Below, piece after piece: positions 16,404 to 26,514 of a stretch of 64,000 nucleotides of DNA. Below the pieces are notes generated by a model that was given only the letters and a program-made list of their open reading frames with translations, did not search any database and was not told where the DNA came from. A program made the translations under genes and the position numbers. The stretch is from the NCBI GenBank assembly GCA_049801955.1, contig JBARLO010000056.1:6307-70306 (forward strand), in the 5' to 3' direction. Every line of letters begins with the position of its first letter. Position 1 is the stretch's first letter. This stretch comes from Acidimicrobiales bacterium (lineage in GTDB: Bacteria; Actinomycetota; Acidimicrobiia; Acidimicrobiales; RAAP-2).

Positions 16404-17280
16404 CGACGTCGTCGCGTTTCGTCGGGCCCTGCGTCGGGCGGCCCCCGGGCTACGACGCGACCTGCCCTGGCTGAACGATCCGCGACCGTGGGCGATTCTG
16501 GTGAGTGAGGTCATGCTCCAGCAGACGTCGACGGCGCGCGTGAAGGAACCGTGGGCGCGATTCCTTGAGCTCTTTCCCACCCCCACTGCGTTGGCGGACG
16601 CAGCGCTCTCGGACGTCCTCGTCGCGTGGAGTGGACTCGGTTATCCGCGTCGGGCCAAGGCTCTCTACGACGCGGCCCGCGTCATCCGCGATGAGTTCGG
16701 GGGAGTAGTCCCCGACACCGTCGACGATCTGCTGGCGCTTCCGGGCGTGGGCGAGTACACCGCCCACGCGGTGGCGAGTTTCGCTTTCGCTGAGCCCGTC
16801 GCGGTCCTTGACACCAATGTGGGGCGCGTGCTGGCTCGAGCCCTTGCGAACGCGCCCCTTCGCAGAGTCGAGGCGCAGCGTCTGGCCGATGAGCTGTTGC
16901 CATCGCGCGAGTCGGCGTCCTTTAACCAAGCGATGCTCGACCTTGGCGCGCAGTACTGCCGCGCGGCGCCGCTCTGTGATGCGTGTCCTGTGCGCCGACA
17001 GTGCGCGTGGCATCTTCGCGGGGGCAGCGATCCCGCTCCCTTGAGCGCGGGCGTCTCGCGCCCCCAAGCACCCTTTCGTGGTTCAAATCGCGAGCAGCGC
17101 GGTCGTGTCATGAGACTGTTGCACGACGGCCCGCGATCGAAGAAACAGTTGGTGAGTCTTCTGGCCATCGAAATCGACCGTGCGAACGACGTCATCGAGA
17201 GCCTCGTGCGCGATGGTCTGGTCGCCAGAACGAGTCGGACCTACTCGCTCAGCGACGGAGGCGATCTCTCTCGAGCGTGA
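16384..17280 (+). CDS. mutY: A/G-specific adenine DNA glycosylase (HhH-GPD, Fe-S cluster loop)
   Basis: LPWLNDPRPWAILVSEVMLQQTSTARV, WSGLGYPRRAKAL, HhH motif LLALPGVGEYTAHAVASFAF, DTNVGRVLARA, and a 4-Cys cluster loop CRAAPLCDACPVRRQC. The start is uncertain (GTG 16384 chosen). Confidence 0.8.
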   Translation: MTTSGRSDVVAFRRALRRAAPGLRRDLPWLNDPRPWAILVSEVMLQQTSTARVKEPWARFLELFPTPTALADAALSDVLVAWSGLGYPRRAKALYDAARVIRDEFGGVVPDTVDDLLALPGVGEYTAHAVASFAFAEPVAVLDTNVGRVLARALANAPLRRVEAQRLADELLPSRESASFNQAMLDLGAQYCRAAPLCDACPVRRQCAWHLRGGSDPAPLSAGVSRPQAPFRGSNREQRGRVMRLLHDGPRSKKQLVSLLAIEIDRANDVIESLVRDGLVARTSRTYSLSDGGDLSRA

Positions 17281-17305
17281 CGACGCTCACCGATAAGGTG
17301 TCGCG

Positions 17306-17782
17306 GTGGCCACGTTTGACAACGCGCACTGCAAGGAAGTGCTGGGTCATTACGTCACCGGCATCGTGATCATCACCGCCAGGACCCCAGAGGGCCCCGC
17401 CGGTTTCACCTGCCAGACCTTCGGGTCGCTCTCGATCGACTCCGCGCTCGTCTTCTTTGCCGCCACCACGACCTCGCCATCCTGGCAGCGCGTTCGACGC
17501 AGTGGCGTAGTGGGCGTCAACATCCTGCGTGACGATCAAGAGGTCCTGGCCCGCGGGTTTGCCGTCAGCGGAGTGGACAAGTTTGAGGGCGTGGCCTGGA
17601 CCGCGGCGCCCAACGGTTCGCCGTTTCTCGATGGCTGTTTGGCGTACCTGGAGGGAACGATTCGCGAGGTGACGAACCACGGCGACCACGACATCGTCGT
17701 GGCGGAGCTGGATTTCGCCTCGACCGAGCCGGGCGGTCCCCTGGCGTACTATCGCGGTGGCTATCGGACTCTCGCGCCGTAG
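17306..17782 (+). CDS. flavin reductase family protein (FMN-binding split barrel)
   Basis: FKEVLGHYVTGIVIITA...GFTCQTFGSLSIDSALVFF...DKFEGVAW...HGDHDIVVAELD matches the flavin reductase domain pattern. Confidence 0.85.
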   Translation: MATFDNAHCKEVLGHYVTGIVIITARTPEGPAGFTCQTFGSLSIDSALVFFAATTTSPSWQRVRRSGVVGVNILRDDQEVLARGFAVSGVDKFEGVAWTAAPNGSPFLDGCLAYLEGTIREVTNHGDHDIVVAELDFASTEPGGPLAYYRGGYRTLAP

Positions 17783-17827
17783 ATCTATTCACTACGCTTC
17801 GGTGGTCAGCAACCTATTGGAGCGAGG

Positions 17828-18643
17828 GTGAAACTGGCGATCGAGATCGTCGTGGTGATCGTCGTGGTGCTACTCGTCGTGGGCTCGGTGTTGCGTCTGC
17901 GCAAGATCCGCCGGGACGAGAAGCGCGAACTCTCGCGTCCCCTCGATCGACGACTGGTCGAGCCCCCACCGTCGCCCTACGCGCCCTCTAAGGGTTTTCG
18001 CGTCCTGGATAGTTCCGACGAGACGCTCGAGCGCTCCGCCCTCGAACGTCCCCGCATTGATCCGGCGCGCCAGTACGTCTTTAACGACCCCGATGAACTC
18101 CCCGTTATTCGGGCTCGACACAACGAGGACTGGTTTCTCTCGCGGTCCGCGCACCGCTCGACGGCCTCCCTCGTGGGCCGGGGGATCGCCGTTGCGGTGG
18201 TGATCGCTCTGGTGATCGTGGTGATCGTCGCGTACTACGTTCATCACGATCCCAGCCCCACGAAGAAGGCGGTGGAGACGACCACCACCACGCACGTCGC
18301 CACCACCACCACGACGACCGCGCCGAATCTGTCGCCCACCTCGACCAGTGGCGATGACGCCTCCTACAGCGTGAGTGCGTCGCGCTATCGCGTGACGGTT
18401 TACGGCGCGCGTGGTGAGACTTGGACGGTCTACAACATGGGACCTGCGAACACCCTGGAGTGGCAGGGCCCGGTGGACCAGGGCAAGGATGAGTCGCTCG
18501 TTATGACCGGCGACTCGCGCATCACCCTGGGATCTCCTTCTAGTGCCCGAGTCACGCTGGACAGCCGTCCTGTTGTCTTTCCGTCGCCGTTACCCGCCAC
18601 GTTGGTGTTGGTCTTTAACGCGAAGGGTTCGACAACTCTGTGA
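17828..18643 (+). CDS. membrane protein with a C-terminal RodZ-like (DUF4115-type) domain
   Basis: Two TM segments and a Thr-rich linker (TTTTTHVATTTTTTAPN). The C-terminal beta-rich domain reads YRVTVYGARGETWTVYNMG...LEWQGPVDQGKDESLVMTGDSRITLGSPSSARVTLDSRPV, resembling the RodZ C-terminus. No HTH is present. Confidence 0.6.
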   Translation: MKLAIEIVVVIVVVLLVVGSVLRLRKIRRDEKRELSRPLDRRLVEPPPSPYAPSKGFRVLDSSDETLERSALERPRIDPARQYVFNDPDELPVIRARHNEDWFLSRSAHRSTASLVGRGIAVAVVIALVIVVIVAYYVHHDPSPTKKAVETTTTTHVATTTTTTAPNLSPTSTSGDDASYSVSASRYRVTVYGARGETWTVYNMGPANTLEWQGPVDQGKDESLVMTGDSRITLGSPSSARVTLDSRPVVFPSPLPATLVLVFNAKGSTTL

Positions 18644-20792
18644 TCTCGCTGAGTACCCACGCCAGGACCTGGGCCTCATCGCGCCACGCGTCGTAGCGTC
18701 CCGACGGGCCGCCGTGTCCCGCCCCCATCTCGGTTTTGAGAATGGCCCGATTCTCGGGGTTGGCGTCTCGTAGTTTGAGCACCCACTTGGCCGGTTCCCA
18801 AAATCCCACGCGCGAATCGTTGAGTCCGCCCGTGGCGTAGAGGTGCGGGTACGCAACAGCAGTGCCGTCGTCGCGCGTGGCGCGCACGTTGTCGTAGGGC
18901 GAGTAGCTCGTCATGGTCCGATAGCTCGTGGCGCTGGCCTCGGGGTTGCCCCACTCCTCCCACTCGCCCACGGTGAGGGGGAGTGAGTCGTCGAGCATCG
19001 TGGTCACCACGTCGACGAAGGGAACTTCAGCCACGATCGCGTGAAAGAGCTCGGGCGCTTGGTTCATGACGGCACCCATCAACAGCCCACCCGCGGAGCC
19101 ACCGCGAGCCGCGAGTCGCTCCGGGCTCGTCCATCCGCGCTCAATGAGCGCGGTCGCCACCGCGATGAAGTCGCTGAAGGTCGTGGGCTTCTGGGCGAGG
19201 CGACCCATCTCGTACCACGAGCGGCCCATCTCGCCCCCGCCGCGGATGTGAGCGATGGCAAAGATGACCCCGCGGTCGAGCAGCGACAAGCGCAGCGACG
19301 AGAAGGCCGGGTCGATCGAGATCTCGTAGCTGCCGTACCCGTAGAGCAGAAAGGGCGAAGGAGCGAGGGTCTCTAGGGTGCCGTCACTCGCGACGCGCAC
19401 GAACTCGCGTTTGGCGACGAGTGAGATGGGAATCTGAAGGTGGTCGCTTGCTTGCACCCAGAGACGCTCGGTCACGTAGTCCGACTCCTCGTAGCCGCCG
19501 CGTACCGTTTGTTGTTTTCGCACGATGACCTCGCCCGTGTCAACGACGACGTCGGCAATGAATCGCGGGGTGGTGAGCGAGGTGATGAGGACGCGCACCT
19601 GGGAGGTGTCGACGTTGGGATTTGCCGACAGCGCGACAGTGTTGGGAAAGGCCCCACCCTCCACCCGAGTTGAACGAGCCAGGAGATCGTCACCGAAGGG
19701 GTCGTCTCCCAAAAGAAGGGGCACCAGTCGCAGTGCGGCGCTCCCGTCCTCGCGCATGCTGAGGGCGAGGAAGCGCGAGAAGGCATCCACGCCGTCGAGC
19801 CGACTACCGGGGCGCTCGGCAATGACTTCTCGCCACTCTTCGCCAGAGATCGGTCGAGCGAGTAGTCGAAAGTCCGTGGCGTCTTCGTTGGTGATCTTGA
19901 GCCACCACGCCACGCCCGTTTCGTCCACGAAGTGCTCGACGCCATATTCGATGCCGTGGCGCCGAGCTGCGAGGACCCGAAGATCAGCGGTGGGATCATC
20001 GGCGGGCACAAAGCGCACTTCGCTCGTCATCGAAGAGTTCAGCATCACGACAATCATCCGATCGTCGCGGCTGCGCCCCACCGAGACGGTGTACTCGGCG
20101 TCGGGCTCCTCATAGACGAGGACGTCCGTGCTCGAGGGCGTGGCGAGTTCGTGTCGCCAGAGTTGCCACGGTCGCATCGCGTCATCGACGCGGGTGTAGA
20201 AGAAGTGGCGTGAGTCACTGGCCCACGCGAAGCCGTAGTAGACGTCATCAAGTTCGTCGCTCACCGGTTCCTGGTTCGCCAGGGGACGGACCGTCACGTG
20301 GTGGCGTTCGTTGCCCTCGAAGTCGGTGCCCACCGCGACCCACGATTCGTCGGGGCTGACGGCGAGAACGCCCACCGAGAGGAAGTCGCTCTCGCCGGCC
20401 TCGACGTTCTCGTCCAAGATGACCTGCTCGCCCGCGAACGTGGTGAGCGGATCGACGTCGGGTGGCGTGAGATCGTCGTCCGCCGCGGGCACGCGAACGC
20501 TGATGGGATAGTTCAAGCCTTCGCGGGTACGTTCGAAGTACCACCAGTGGCCCTTGCGCACGGGCACCGAGATATCGGTCTCTTCGACGCGATTCTTGAT
20601 TTCGATGAAGAGTTCGTCTTCCAGCGCCTTGAGGGGGGCTAGTTCGTGGGCCAGAAAGTCGTTCTCGGAGCGCAGATGTGAGAGAACCTCTTCGTTCTCG
20701 CGGTCCATCAGCCAGTAGTACGGGTCGATTCGGGTATCGCCGTGACGGGTGATCTCAGTGGGGCGTTGGGGTGCGCGGGGGGCGTCAGACAT
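18615..20792 (-). CDS. ptrB: S9 family serine peptidase, oligopeptidase B-like
   Basis: 725 aa. N-terminus HGDTRIDPYYWLMDRENEEVLSHLRSEN. Catalytic Ser in ARGGSAGGLLMG. The C-terminus ends in GAGHGGPSGRY. Confidence 0.9.
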   Translation of the reverse strand: MSDAPRAPQRPTEITRHGDTRIDPYYWLMDRENEEVLSHLRSENDFLAHELAPLKALEDELFIEIKNRVEETDISVPVRKGHWWYFERTREGLNYPISVRVPAADDDLTPPDVDPLTTFAGEQVILDENVEAGESDFLSVGVLAVSPDESWVAVGTDFEGNERHHVTVRPLANQEPVSDELDDVYYGFAWASDSRHFFYTRVDDAMRPWQLWRHELATPSSTDVLVYEEPDAEYTVSVGRSRDDRMIVVMLNSSMTSEVRFVPADDPTADLRVLAARRHGIEYGVEHFVDETGVAWWLKITNEDATDFRLLARPISGEEWREVIAERPGSRLDGVDAFSRFLALSMREDGSAALRLVPLLLGDDPFGDDLLARSTRVEGGAFPNTVALSANPNVDTSQVRVLITSLTTPRFIADVVVDTGEVIVRKQQTVRGGYEESDYVTERLWVQASDHLQIPISLVAKREFVRVASDGTLETLAPSPFLLYGYGSYEISIDPAFSSLRLSLLDRGVIFAIAHIRGGGEMGRSWYEMGRLAQKPTTFSDFIAVATALIERGWTSPERLAARGGSAGGLLMGAVMNQAPELFHAIVAEVPFVDVVTTMLDDSLPLTVGEWEEWGNPEASATSYRTMTSYSPYDNVRATRDDGTAVAYPHLYATGGLNDSRVGFWEPAKWVLKLRDANPENRAILKTEMGAGHGGPSGRYDAWRDEAQVLAWVLSEITELSNPSR

Positions 20793-20873
20793 CCCTCTAC
20801 TCTGTCAGTACTTGGGTCAGAACCATGCAGGCAGTTAGTACTATGTGGATAGGGATTATCCCAAAGGAGCGCA

Positions 20874-22274
20874 ATGGCGATTGACAACTTGGACTTCAGC
20901 CGTTACCAGTTGGGTTGGTCTGACGAGCACTTGTCAGTCTTTAAGCCCAAGAAGGGGCTGAACGAAGAGATCGTTCGCGAGATGTCGTCCATGAAGAGCG
21001 AAGAGCCCTGGATGCTCAAGTTTCGCTTGGACGCGCTCAAGCGCTTCGAGAAGAAGCCCATGCTGCCCTGGTTCGCGACGCGCATGCCCGACCTGGACTT
21101 CAACGACATCTACTACTACGTCAAGCCCACTGACCACCAGGTCAACTCCTGGGAGGACCTGCCCGACGCGATCAAGACGACGTACGAGCGACTCGGCATC
21201 CCCGAGGCCGAGCGCAAGTACTTGGCCGGGGTCACTGCGCAGTACGAGTCCGAAGTGGTCTTTCACCGCAACCGCGAGGACCTAGAGCGCCTAGGTGTCT
21301 TGTTCTGTGACATGGACACCGCCGTGCGCGAATACCCCGACCTCGTGCGCAAGTACTTCGGCACCATCATCCCGCCCAACGACAACAAGTTCGCCGCTCT
21401 CAACTCAGCCGTGTGGAGCGGGGGATCGTTCATTTACGTCCCGCCCGGGGTCAAGGTCGACCAGCCGCTGCAGGCCTACTTTCGCATCAACACCGAGAAC
21501 ATGGGTCAGTTCGAGCGCACCCTGATCATCGCCGATGAGGGTTCCCAGGTTCACTACGTCGAGGGTTGCTCCGCCCCGGTGTACTCAACGGACTCCCTGC
21601 ACTCAGCCGTCGTGGAACTGGTCGCGTTGAAGGGTGCGCGCATTACTTACACGACCATTCAGAACTGGTCGAACAACGTCTACAACCTCGTGACCAAGCG
21701 CGCGCGCGCCGAGACTGAAGCGCACGTGGAGTGGATCGACGGCAACATCGGCTCACGTCTCACGATGAAGTACCCCTCGGTGTACCTCATGGGCCCCAAG
21801 GCGTCGGGTGAAGTGCTCTCAGTCGCCTACGCCGGAGCGGGCCAGGTCCAAGACGCTGGCGCCAAGATGGTGCACTGCGCCCCCGAGACGACCTCGACGA
21901 TCGTGTCGAAGTCGATCTCCAAGGACGGTGGGCTAACCGCGTACCGGGGTCTGGTGAAGGTTGAAGAGGGTGCTACGGGGGCCAAGAGTTTCGTGCGCTG
22001 CGACGCGTTGATTCTCGATGAGATCTCGACCTCGGAGACTCGCCCCTACATGGAGGTGGACGAGCAGGACGCCTCCATTGGTCACGAGGCAACCGTCTCG
22101 AAGATCGGCGACGACCAACTGTTCTACCTCATGAGCCGCGGACTGACCGAGAGTCAGGCGATGGGCATGATCGTCAATGGCTTCATCGAGCCCGTGACGC
22201 GCACCCTGCCGATGGAGTACGCGGTGGAGTGGTCGCGGCTCATTGAACTGCAGATGGAAGGCTCGATCGGCTAG
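20874..22274 (+). CDS. sufB: Fe-S cluster assembly protein SufB
   Basis: 466 aa with hallmark blocks throughout ([61 protein letters not shown]). AAAGGAG Shine-Dalgarno upstream. Confidence 0.95.
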   Translation: MAIDNLDFSRYQLGWSDEHLSVFKPKKGLNEEIVREMSSMKSEEPWMLKFRLDALKRFEKKPMLPWFATRMPDLDFNDIYYYVKPTDHQVNSWEDLPDAIKTTYERLGIPEAERKYLAGVTAQYESEVVFHRNREDLERLGVLFCDMDTAVREYPDLVRKYFGTIIPPNDNKFAALNSAVWSGGSFIYVPPGVKVDQPLQAYFRINTENMGQFERTLIIADEGSQVHYVEGCSAPVYSTDSLHSAVVELVALKGARITYTTIQNWSNNVYNLVTKRARAETEAHVEWIDGNIGSRLTMKYPSVYLMGPKASGEVLSVAYAGAGQVQDAGAKMVHCAPETTSTIVSKSISKDGGLTAYRGLVKVEEGATGAKSFVRCDALILDEISTSETRPYMEVDEQDASIGHEATVSKIGDDQLFYLMSRGLTESQAMGMIVNGFIEPVTRTLPMEYAVEWSRLIELQMEGSIG

Positions 22275-22897
22275 TTAGCCGGCTTCCACATCGTGAAGTA
22301 GGGCGGTCCATCGGGCATGGGACGAACGGTGTCGCGCAGTACGAATCCGAAGCGGTTGTAGAAGGCCAGGTTCTCTTCCTTCTGCGTTTCGAGGTACCCC
22401 CCGAGTCTGTCCGCCGTCATCTTCTCAATGCCGTCATTCATGAGTAGCGTGCCCACCCCACGTCGTTGCACCGACGGATCCGTGGCGATGAGGGCGAGGT
22501 ACCAGTGATGTTCTTTGGGGTGCACTTTCAAAATCGCGTTGAGGTAGGTCGCACCCCGGCGAAGGGCTCGCGGATGGCGATACAGCGCGCGCAGGGTCAC
22601 CGGAAGCTGGGCGAGTTGGGTGCCCACCGACGGCGGCCAGTGACCAGGAGCGAACCACACGGCCACCCCGATGATCGTTCGGCGCTCGTCGCGCACGGTG
22701 ACGACACGAGCGTGTTCGCCGCCGTGTCGGACGTGGCTCGAAAAGAGGAGTTCCAAAGCTCGCGTCCTCGTACGCTCGTCGGGCAAAAGGTACGAAAAGT
22801 AGACGTCGTCGAAGAACGCTCGTGCGGACACTTGGGCCGCCGCCTTAGCGTCTTTGGCAGAAAGGGCGCTCGCATCCAGGCGAAAGTCGGTCGTCAC
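22271..22897 (-). CDS. GNAT family N-acetyltransferase
   Basis: [25 protein letters not shown]...[18 protein letters not shown] is the GNAT motif A/B region. Confidence 0.8.
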   Translation of the reverse strand: MTTDFRLDASALSAKDAKAAAQVSARAFFDDVYFSYLLPDERTRTRALELLFSSHVRHGGEHARVVTVRDERRTIIGVAVWFAPGHWPPSVGTQLAQLPVTLRALYRHPRALRRGATYLNAILKVHPKEHHWYLALIATDPSVQRRGVGTLLMNDGIEKMTADRLGGYLETQKEENLAFYNRFGFVLRDTVRPMPDGPPYFTMWKPAN

Positions 22898-22941
22898 GAG
22901 CGCTAAGCCTACGGTTCACGGGCACGTGAAACAATGTTCCC

Positions 22942-23292
22942 ATGCCCATGCGCGAAGAGTGCAAACACTTTCAGAGTCGAACGTACAAGTCGGGCGAGGT
23001 GGCGCGCTTTTGCGTGCTGGGAAATGCGCCGGACCAGCCGTGGTCGTGTCCGGAGAACTGCCTCACCTACGAGCGACGATTCGTCGACGTCGGCTGGACT
23101 CACGGCACGCTCGTGGACCGACCCGTAGAGCCTCCGCCGCCAGACGTGCCCCTGGAGGAGCGGCGCGATCTACTTGCTCAGGCCAGCGAGATCGTCAACG
23201 CCATCGCCCCCGAACTCATCGAGCAGCGTCGACGTGAAATGGACGAACTCGAAAAAAAGCAGCGCAAGGGCCGCTGGTTCAAGCGGCGCTAG
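22942..23292 (+). CDS. hypothetical small protein with four N-terminal cysteines
   Basis: 116 aa. Cys7, Cys24, Cys36 and Cys40 lie in MPMREECKHF...ARFCVLGNAPDQPWSCPENC. The C-terminal tail is charged and helical. No family recognised. Confidence 0.5.
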   Translation: MPMREECKHFQSRTYKSGEVARFCVLGNAPDQPWSCPENCLTYERRFVDVGWTHGTLVDRPVEPPPPDVPLEERRDLLAQASEIVNAIAPELIEQRRREMDELEKKQRKGRWFKRR

Positions 23293-24116
23293 TCGCCCGT
23301 GAAGTTGGGCGCTCGGTGCTCCAGAAAGGCCGACATCGCTTCGCGCAGGTCGTTGCTGGCCAGATACATCGTGTTCCAGCGCGCCACGAAGTCGAGTCCT
23401 TCGTCCACGCTGCGCCCGTCGTTCGCCGCCAGCACCGCCTTGGTTCCTCGCACCGCGAGGGGCGAATTTGCGGCGATTTCTCGAGCGAGTTCTTTTGCCG
23501 CGGCGTACGCCGCTTCGGCACCGTCGGCGTGTACTGAGTTCACCAGACCCATCGCGAGGGCGCGGTGGGCATCGATGTCCTTTCCGCTAAAGGCCAGTTC
23601 GGCCACGTGCCCGGAACCAATGATGCGCGGCAGCCTCTGCAGCGTGCCGAGGTCCGCCACAATGGCCACCTTGGTTTCGCGCACGGAGAAAACGGCGTCG
23701 CAGGACGCGACGCGAATATCGCACGCGCTGATGAGGTCGACGCCACCGCCGATGCAGTATCCGTGGACGGCCGCGATGACGGGAATGGACAATGCGGCGA
23801 GAGAGGTGACGGAGTCCTGCATGGCGCGCACGTTGGCGTAGGTGCGCGCGTTCGAGTCCGCGCGAGAGTTCGAACTACTGCCCTCGGTGAGTTGAGCTCC
23901 AAACTCCTTGAGGTCGAGGCCGACGCTGAAGTGCGGACCCTGGGCGGCGACAACGAGGACGCGGATGTCACGATCAGCCTCGATCTCAGCCGCCGCGAGG
24001 GGCAGGTCACGCCAAAAGTCGCTACCGAGCGCGTTACGCGCCTCGGGTCGATCGAGCCACAGCGTGGCGACGTGAGCGTCTATCTCGAGGGTGATCACGG
24101 GAGAAGAGAACGCCAC
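23289..24116 (-). CDS. enoyl-CoA hydratase/isomerase (crotonase) family protein
   Basis: ATLWLDRPEARNALG...VLVVAAQGPHFSVGLDLKEF...PVIAAVHGYCIGGGVDLISACDIRVAS. I moved the start to GTG 24116, which is preceded by GAAAGGA. Confidence 0.85.
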   Translation of the reverse strand: MAFSSPVITLEIDAHVATLWLDRPEARNALGSDFWRDLPLAAAEIEADRDIRVLVVAAQGPHFSVGLDLKEFGAQLTEGSSSNSRADSNARTYANVRAMQDSVTSLAALSIPVIAAVHGYCIGGGVDLISACDIRVASCDAVFSVRETKVAIVADLGTLQRLPRIIGSGHVAELAFSGKDIDAHRALAMGLVNSVHADGAEAAYAAAKELAREIAANSPLAVRGTKAVLAANDGRSVDEGLDFVARWNTMYLASNDLREAMSAFLEHRAPNFTGD

Positions 24117-24202
24117 GGGGTCCTTTCGGTCGATGCGCCAGCCTATGTCGGCACGCAGAGATGCCAAGGGGGACAAGTACACTGCCTAAGGCCTCTTTCG
24201 TT

Positions 24203-25444
24203 ATGACATCCTTCGCCGACTCCGCAACTACATACATTTCTGAGCGCCCCGACGCCGGCGAGCGGCGCTCGGCCTGGGAGCGATTCGAGGTCCTGGGCCT
24301 ACCAACCACGAGCGACGAAGTGTGGCGATACGCCCCCCTCAGGGATCTCGACCTGGACCACTTCTTGGTCGCCAGTTCGCCTCGTCACGACGCCGATTCG
24401 CCCTTCGCTACTCAGTTGTGTGAGCGGGCCGGTCTCGTGGTGCGCGTCGCTGACGGTTTTGGAACCAGCGTGAGCGATCTGCCCGCTGGGGTCAGCGTCG
24501 AGTTTGCGGACGCCGCGCCGTCGCTGCACGACGAGAGCTTGATCGTGCGCTACGCCGGCGACAGTTTCGCTCTCTTGAACATCGCGCTCGCGCCCTCGAC
24601 GACTGTTATTCGAGTGGAGGCGCGGACCGAAGTCCGAGATCCGATCGTGGTTCTCAATGAGTCCTCGAGCGCGGCGTCGTTTTCTCGTACCCAGATCGTG
24701 GTCGGTCGCGGGGCGAGCGTGACGGTCGTCGAGTACTTCGAAGGCGGCCGCGACGCGCTCGTGGTCCCGGTGAGCGAGTATCGCGTCGACGACGACGCGT
24801 CGTTACGACTGGTGACCTATCAGCGCCTGGACGCGAGTGCCTGGCACGTCGCGCGCACGACGGGTCGACTCGGTCGCGACGCTCGCCTGCAGCAGGCGGT
24901 CATCGGACTGGGCGGGCACTACGACCGCTCGCGCAACGACGCCGAACTGTTCGGACCAGGCGCGTCGAACGAGTTGCGCACCACTTTTCTCGGCTCGGGT
25001 GACCAGGTGCACGACTTTCGCACTCGCCAGTTTCACGTGGGGGCTCGCACGACCTCGACGTTGCTGTCCAAGGGGGCAGTAGCCGACGAGTCGCGATCCA
25101 TCTACACCGGTCTCATAGAGATCGAAAAGGGCGCGAAACGCACCGACGCGCGACAGACCAATCACAATCTCCTGTTGTCGAAGTCGGCGCACGCGGACAG
25201 CGTGCCGAATCTGGACATCCGAGAGAACGACGTCATGTGCGCGCACGCCTCGAGCGTGGGACCACTCGATGAACTGCAACGCTGGTATCTCGAGTCGCGT
25301 GGGGTGAGCCGCGAGGACGCTCAGCGTCTCATGATTCAAGGCTTCTTCAACGAGATGCTGGCCGCACTGCCGAGCGAACTGGCCGAGTTAGTCGAGCGCG
25401 ACGTGACGTCGGTGCTTTCGGGCGTGGTGGTGGTGGCGACGTGA
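24203..25444 (+). CDS. sufD: Fe-S cluster assembly protein SufD
   Basis: The C-terminal beta-helix blocks are GAVADESRSIYTGLIEIEKGAKRTDARQTNHNLLLS..A.ADSVPNLDIRENDVMCAHASSVGPLDELQRWYLESRG. Start moved to ATG 24203. Confidence 0.85.
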   Translation: MTSFADSATTYISERPDAGERRSAWERFEVLGLPTTSDEVWRYAPLRDLDLDHFLVASSPRHDADSPFATQLCERAGLVVRVADGFGTSVSDLPAGVSVEFADAAPSLHDESLIVRYAGDSFALLNIALAPSTTVIRVEARTEVRDPIVVLNESSSAASFSRTQIVVGRGASVTVVEYFEGGRDALVVPVSEYRVDDDASLRLVTYQRLDASAWHVARTTGRLGRDARLQQAVIGLGGHYDRSRNDAELFGPGASNELRTTFLGSGDQVHDFRTRQFHVGARTTSTLLSKGAVADESRSIYTGLIEIEKGAKRTDARQTNHNLLLSKSAHADSVPNLDIRENDVMCAHASSVGPLDELQRWYLESRGVSREDAQRLMIQGFFNEMLAALPSELAELVERDVTSVLSGVVVVAT

Positions 25445-25755
25445 GTGACGCCGACATCGGAACACTGGCGGACTTCGAAGAGGGTGTCCCTCGTCAACTA
25501 AAGATTGAGGGCCGCACCTTGGTGGCCGTGCGGGTCGATACAGAGGTCTTCGTGCTCGATGACCGATGCAGCCACGAGGAGTTCTTCCTCTCCGACGGCG
25601 AAGTGGACGTCGAGACCAAAGAGATTGAGTGCGAGCGACACGGCTCGATGTTTCGTCTCTGCGACGGGGCGGCGATGACCCTTCCCGCGACTAAGCCGGT
25701 GGCGCACTACGACGTCGTCGAACGAGAGGGTCGCTTGGAGGTCGTGCTGCCGTGA
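25441..25755 (+). CDS. Rieske (2Fe-2S) ferredoxin-like protein
   Basis: The Rieske ligand spacing is CSHEEF...17 residues...CERHGSMF (CxH...CxxH). It has GTGA overlaps with sufD upstream and sufC downstream. Confidence 0.85.
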   Translation: MSDADIGTLADFEEGVPRQLKIEGRTLVAVRVDTEVFVLDDRCSHEEFFLSDGEVDVETKEIECERHGSMFRLCDGAAMTLPATKPVAHYDVVEREGRLEVVLP

Positions 25756-26480
25756 CGTCGACACTGAAGATTGAGAACCTGCACGTGGCGGTGGGCGACA
25801 AAGAGGTCCTGAAGGGCTTCTCGTTGGTCATGCACTCAGGTGAGGTGCACGCGATCATGGGCCCGAACGGTTCGGGCAAGTCGACTCTCGCCCACGCGCT
25901 GAGCGGACACCCTGGATATCGCGTTCTCGACGGTTCGGTGACCATCGACGGGGTGGAGCTCTTGACCCTCACACCGACCGATCGGGCCCGTGCGGGACTC
26001 TTGTTGGTGCTCCAGCATCCCTTCGAGATTCCCGGCGTTCGCGTCTTTGATCTCCTCGAAGCCGCGGGGGCCGACAAGAAGACTCTGCGTCGCCGCCTCG
26101 CCGAAGAGGCGCAGCGCATCGAACTGCGACCCGAGCTACTCGATCGTTTCGTGAACGTGGACCTCTCCGGTGGCGAGCGCAAGCGCGCCGAGATGGTCCA
26201 ACTCGGTGTCCTGCAACCTAAGTTTGCGGTGCTCGACGAAGTTGACTCGGGACTGGACGTGGACGCGTTAGACGCGGTGGCGCGTCGTTTGGTGGCCGCG
26301 ACTACGGAATGGAACTGTGGCGTGCTCGCCATCACGCACTTCCGTCGACTGCTGCTGGAACTACCGCCGACCATGATTCACGTCATGAGCGACGGTCGGA
26401 TCGTCGAAACGGGTGGTCCGGAGCTCGCCGAAACCCTTGAGCGCGACGGCTACGAGCACTTTCGTGGCGCGACGCTGTAA
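25752..26480 (+). CDS. sufC: SufC-like Fe-S assembly ATPase (divergent paralogue 1)
   Basis: Walker A GPNGSGKST, HPGYRV, LSGGERKRAEMVQL, Walker B FAVLDEVDSGLDVDAL. Several normally conserved SufC positions differ from paralogue 2 (LVLQHPFEIPG versus LAFQYPEAIGG). Confidence 0.85.
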   Translation: MTSTLKIENLHVAVGDKEVLKGFSLVMHSGEVHAIMGPNGSGKSTLAHALSGHPGYRVLDGSVTIDGVELLTLTPTDRARAGLLLVLQHPFEIPGVRVFDLLEAAGADKKTLRRRLAEEAQRIELRPELLDRFVNVDLSGGERKRAEMVQLGVLQPKFAVLDEVDSGLDVDALDAVARRLVAATTEWNCGVLAITHFRRLLLELPPTMIHVMSDGRIVETGGPELAETLERDGYEHFRGATL

Positions 26481-26514
26481 TCAATTCGCAAGGCTCCACG
26501 GGTAAACTCGCACG

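Noticed and set aside
17000-17280. Wondered whether the MutY-like protein lacks the C-terminal 8-oxoG-recognition (NUDIX-like) domain and has a winged helix instead
   Set aside because: The tail of about 90 aa (FRGSNREQRGRVMRLL...) resembles, from memory, the short C-terminal region of other actinobacterial MutY proteins. I cannot tell the folds apart by eye, so I make no claim.
20793-20873. Possible operator upstream of sufB: 11-bp palindrome GGGATTATCCC (20852-20862) and two AGTACT hexamers
   Set aside because: The elements are short and could occur by chance. No cognate regulator gene (SufR or IscR type) is adjacent, so I do not call them a site.
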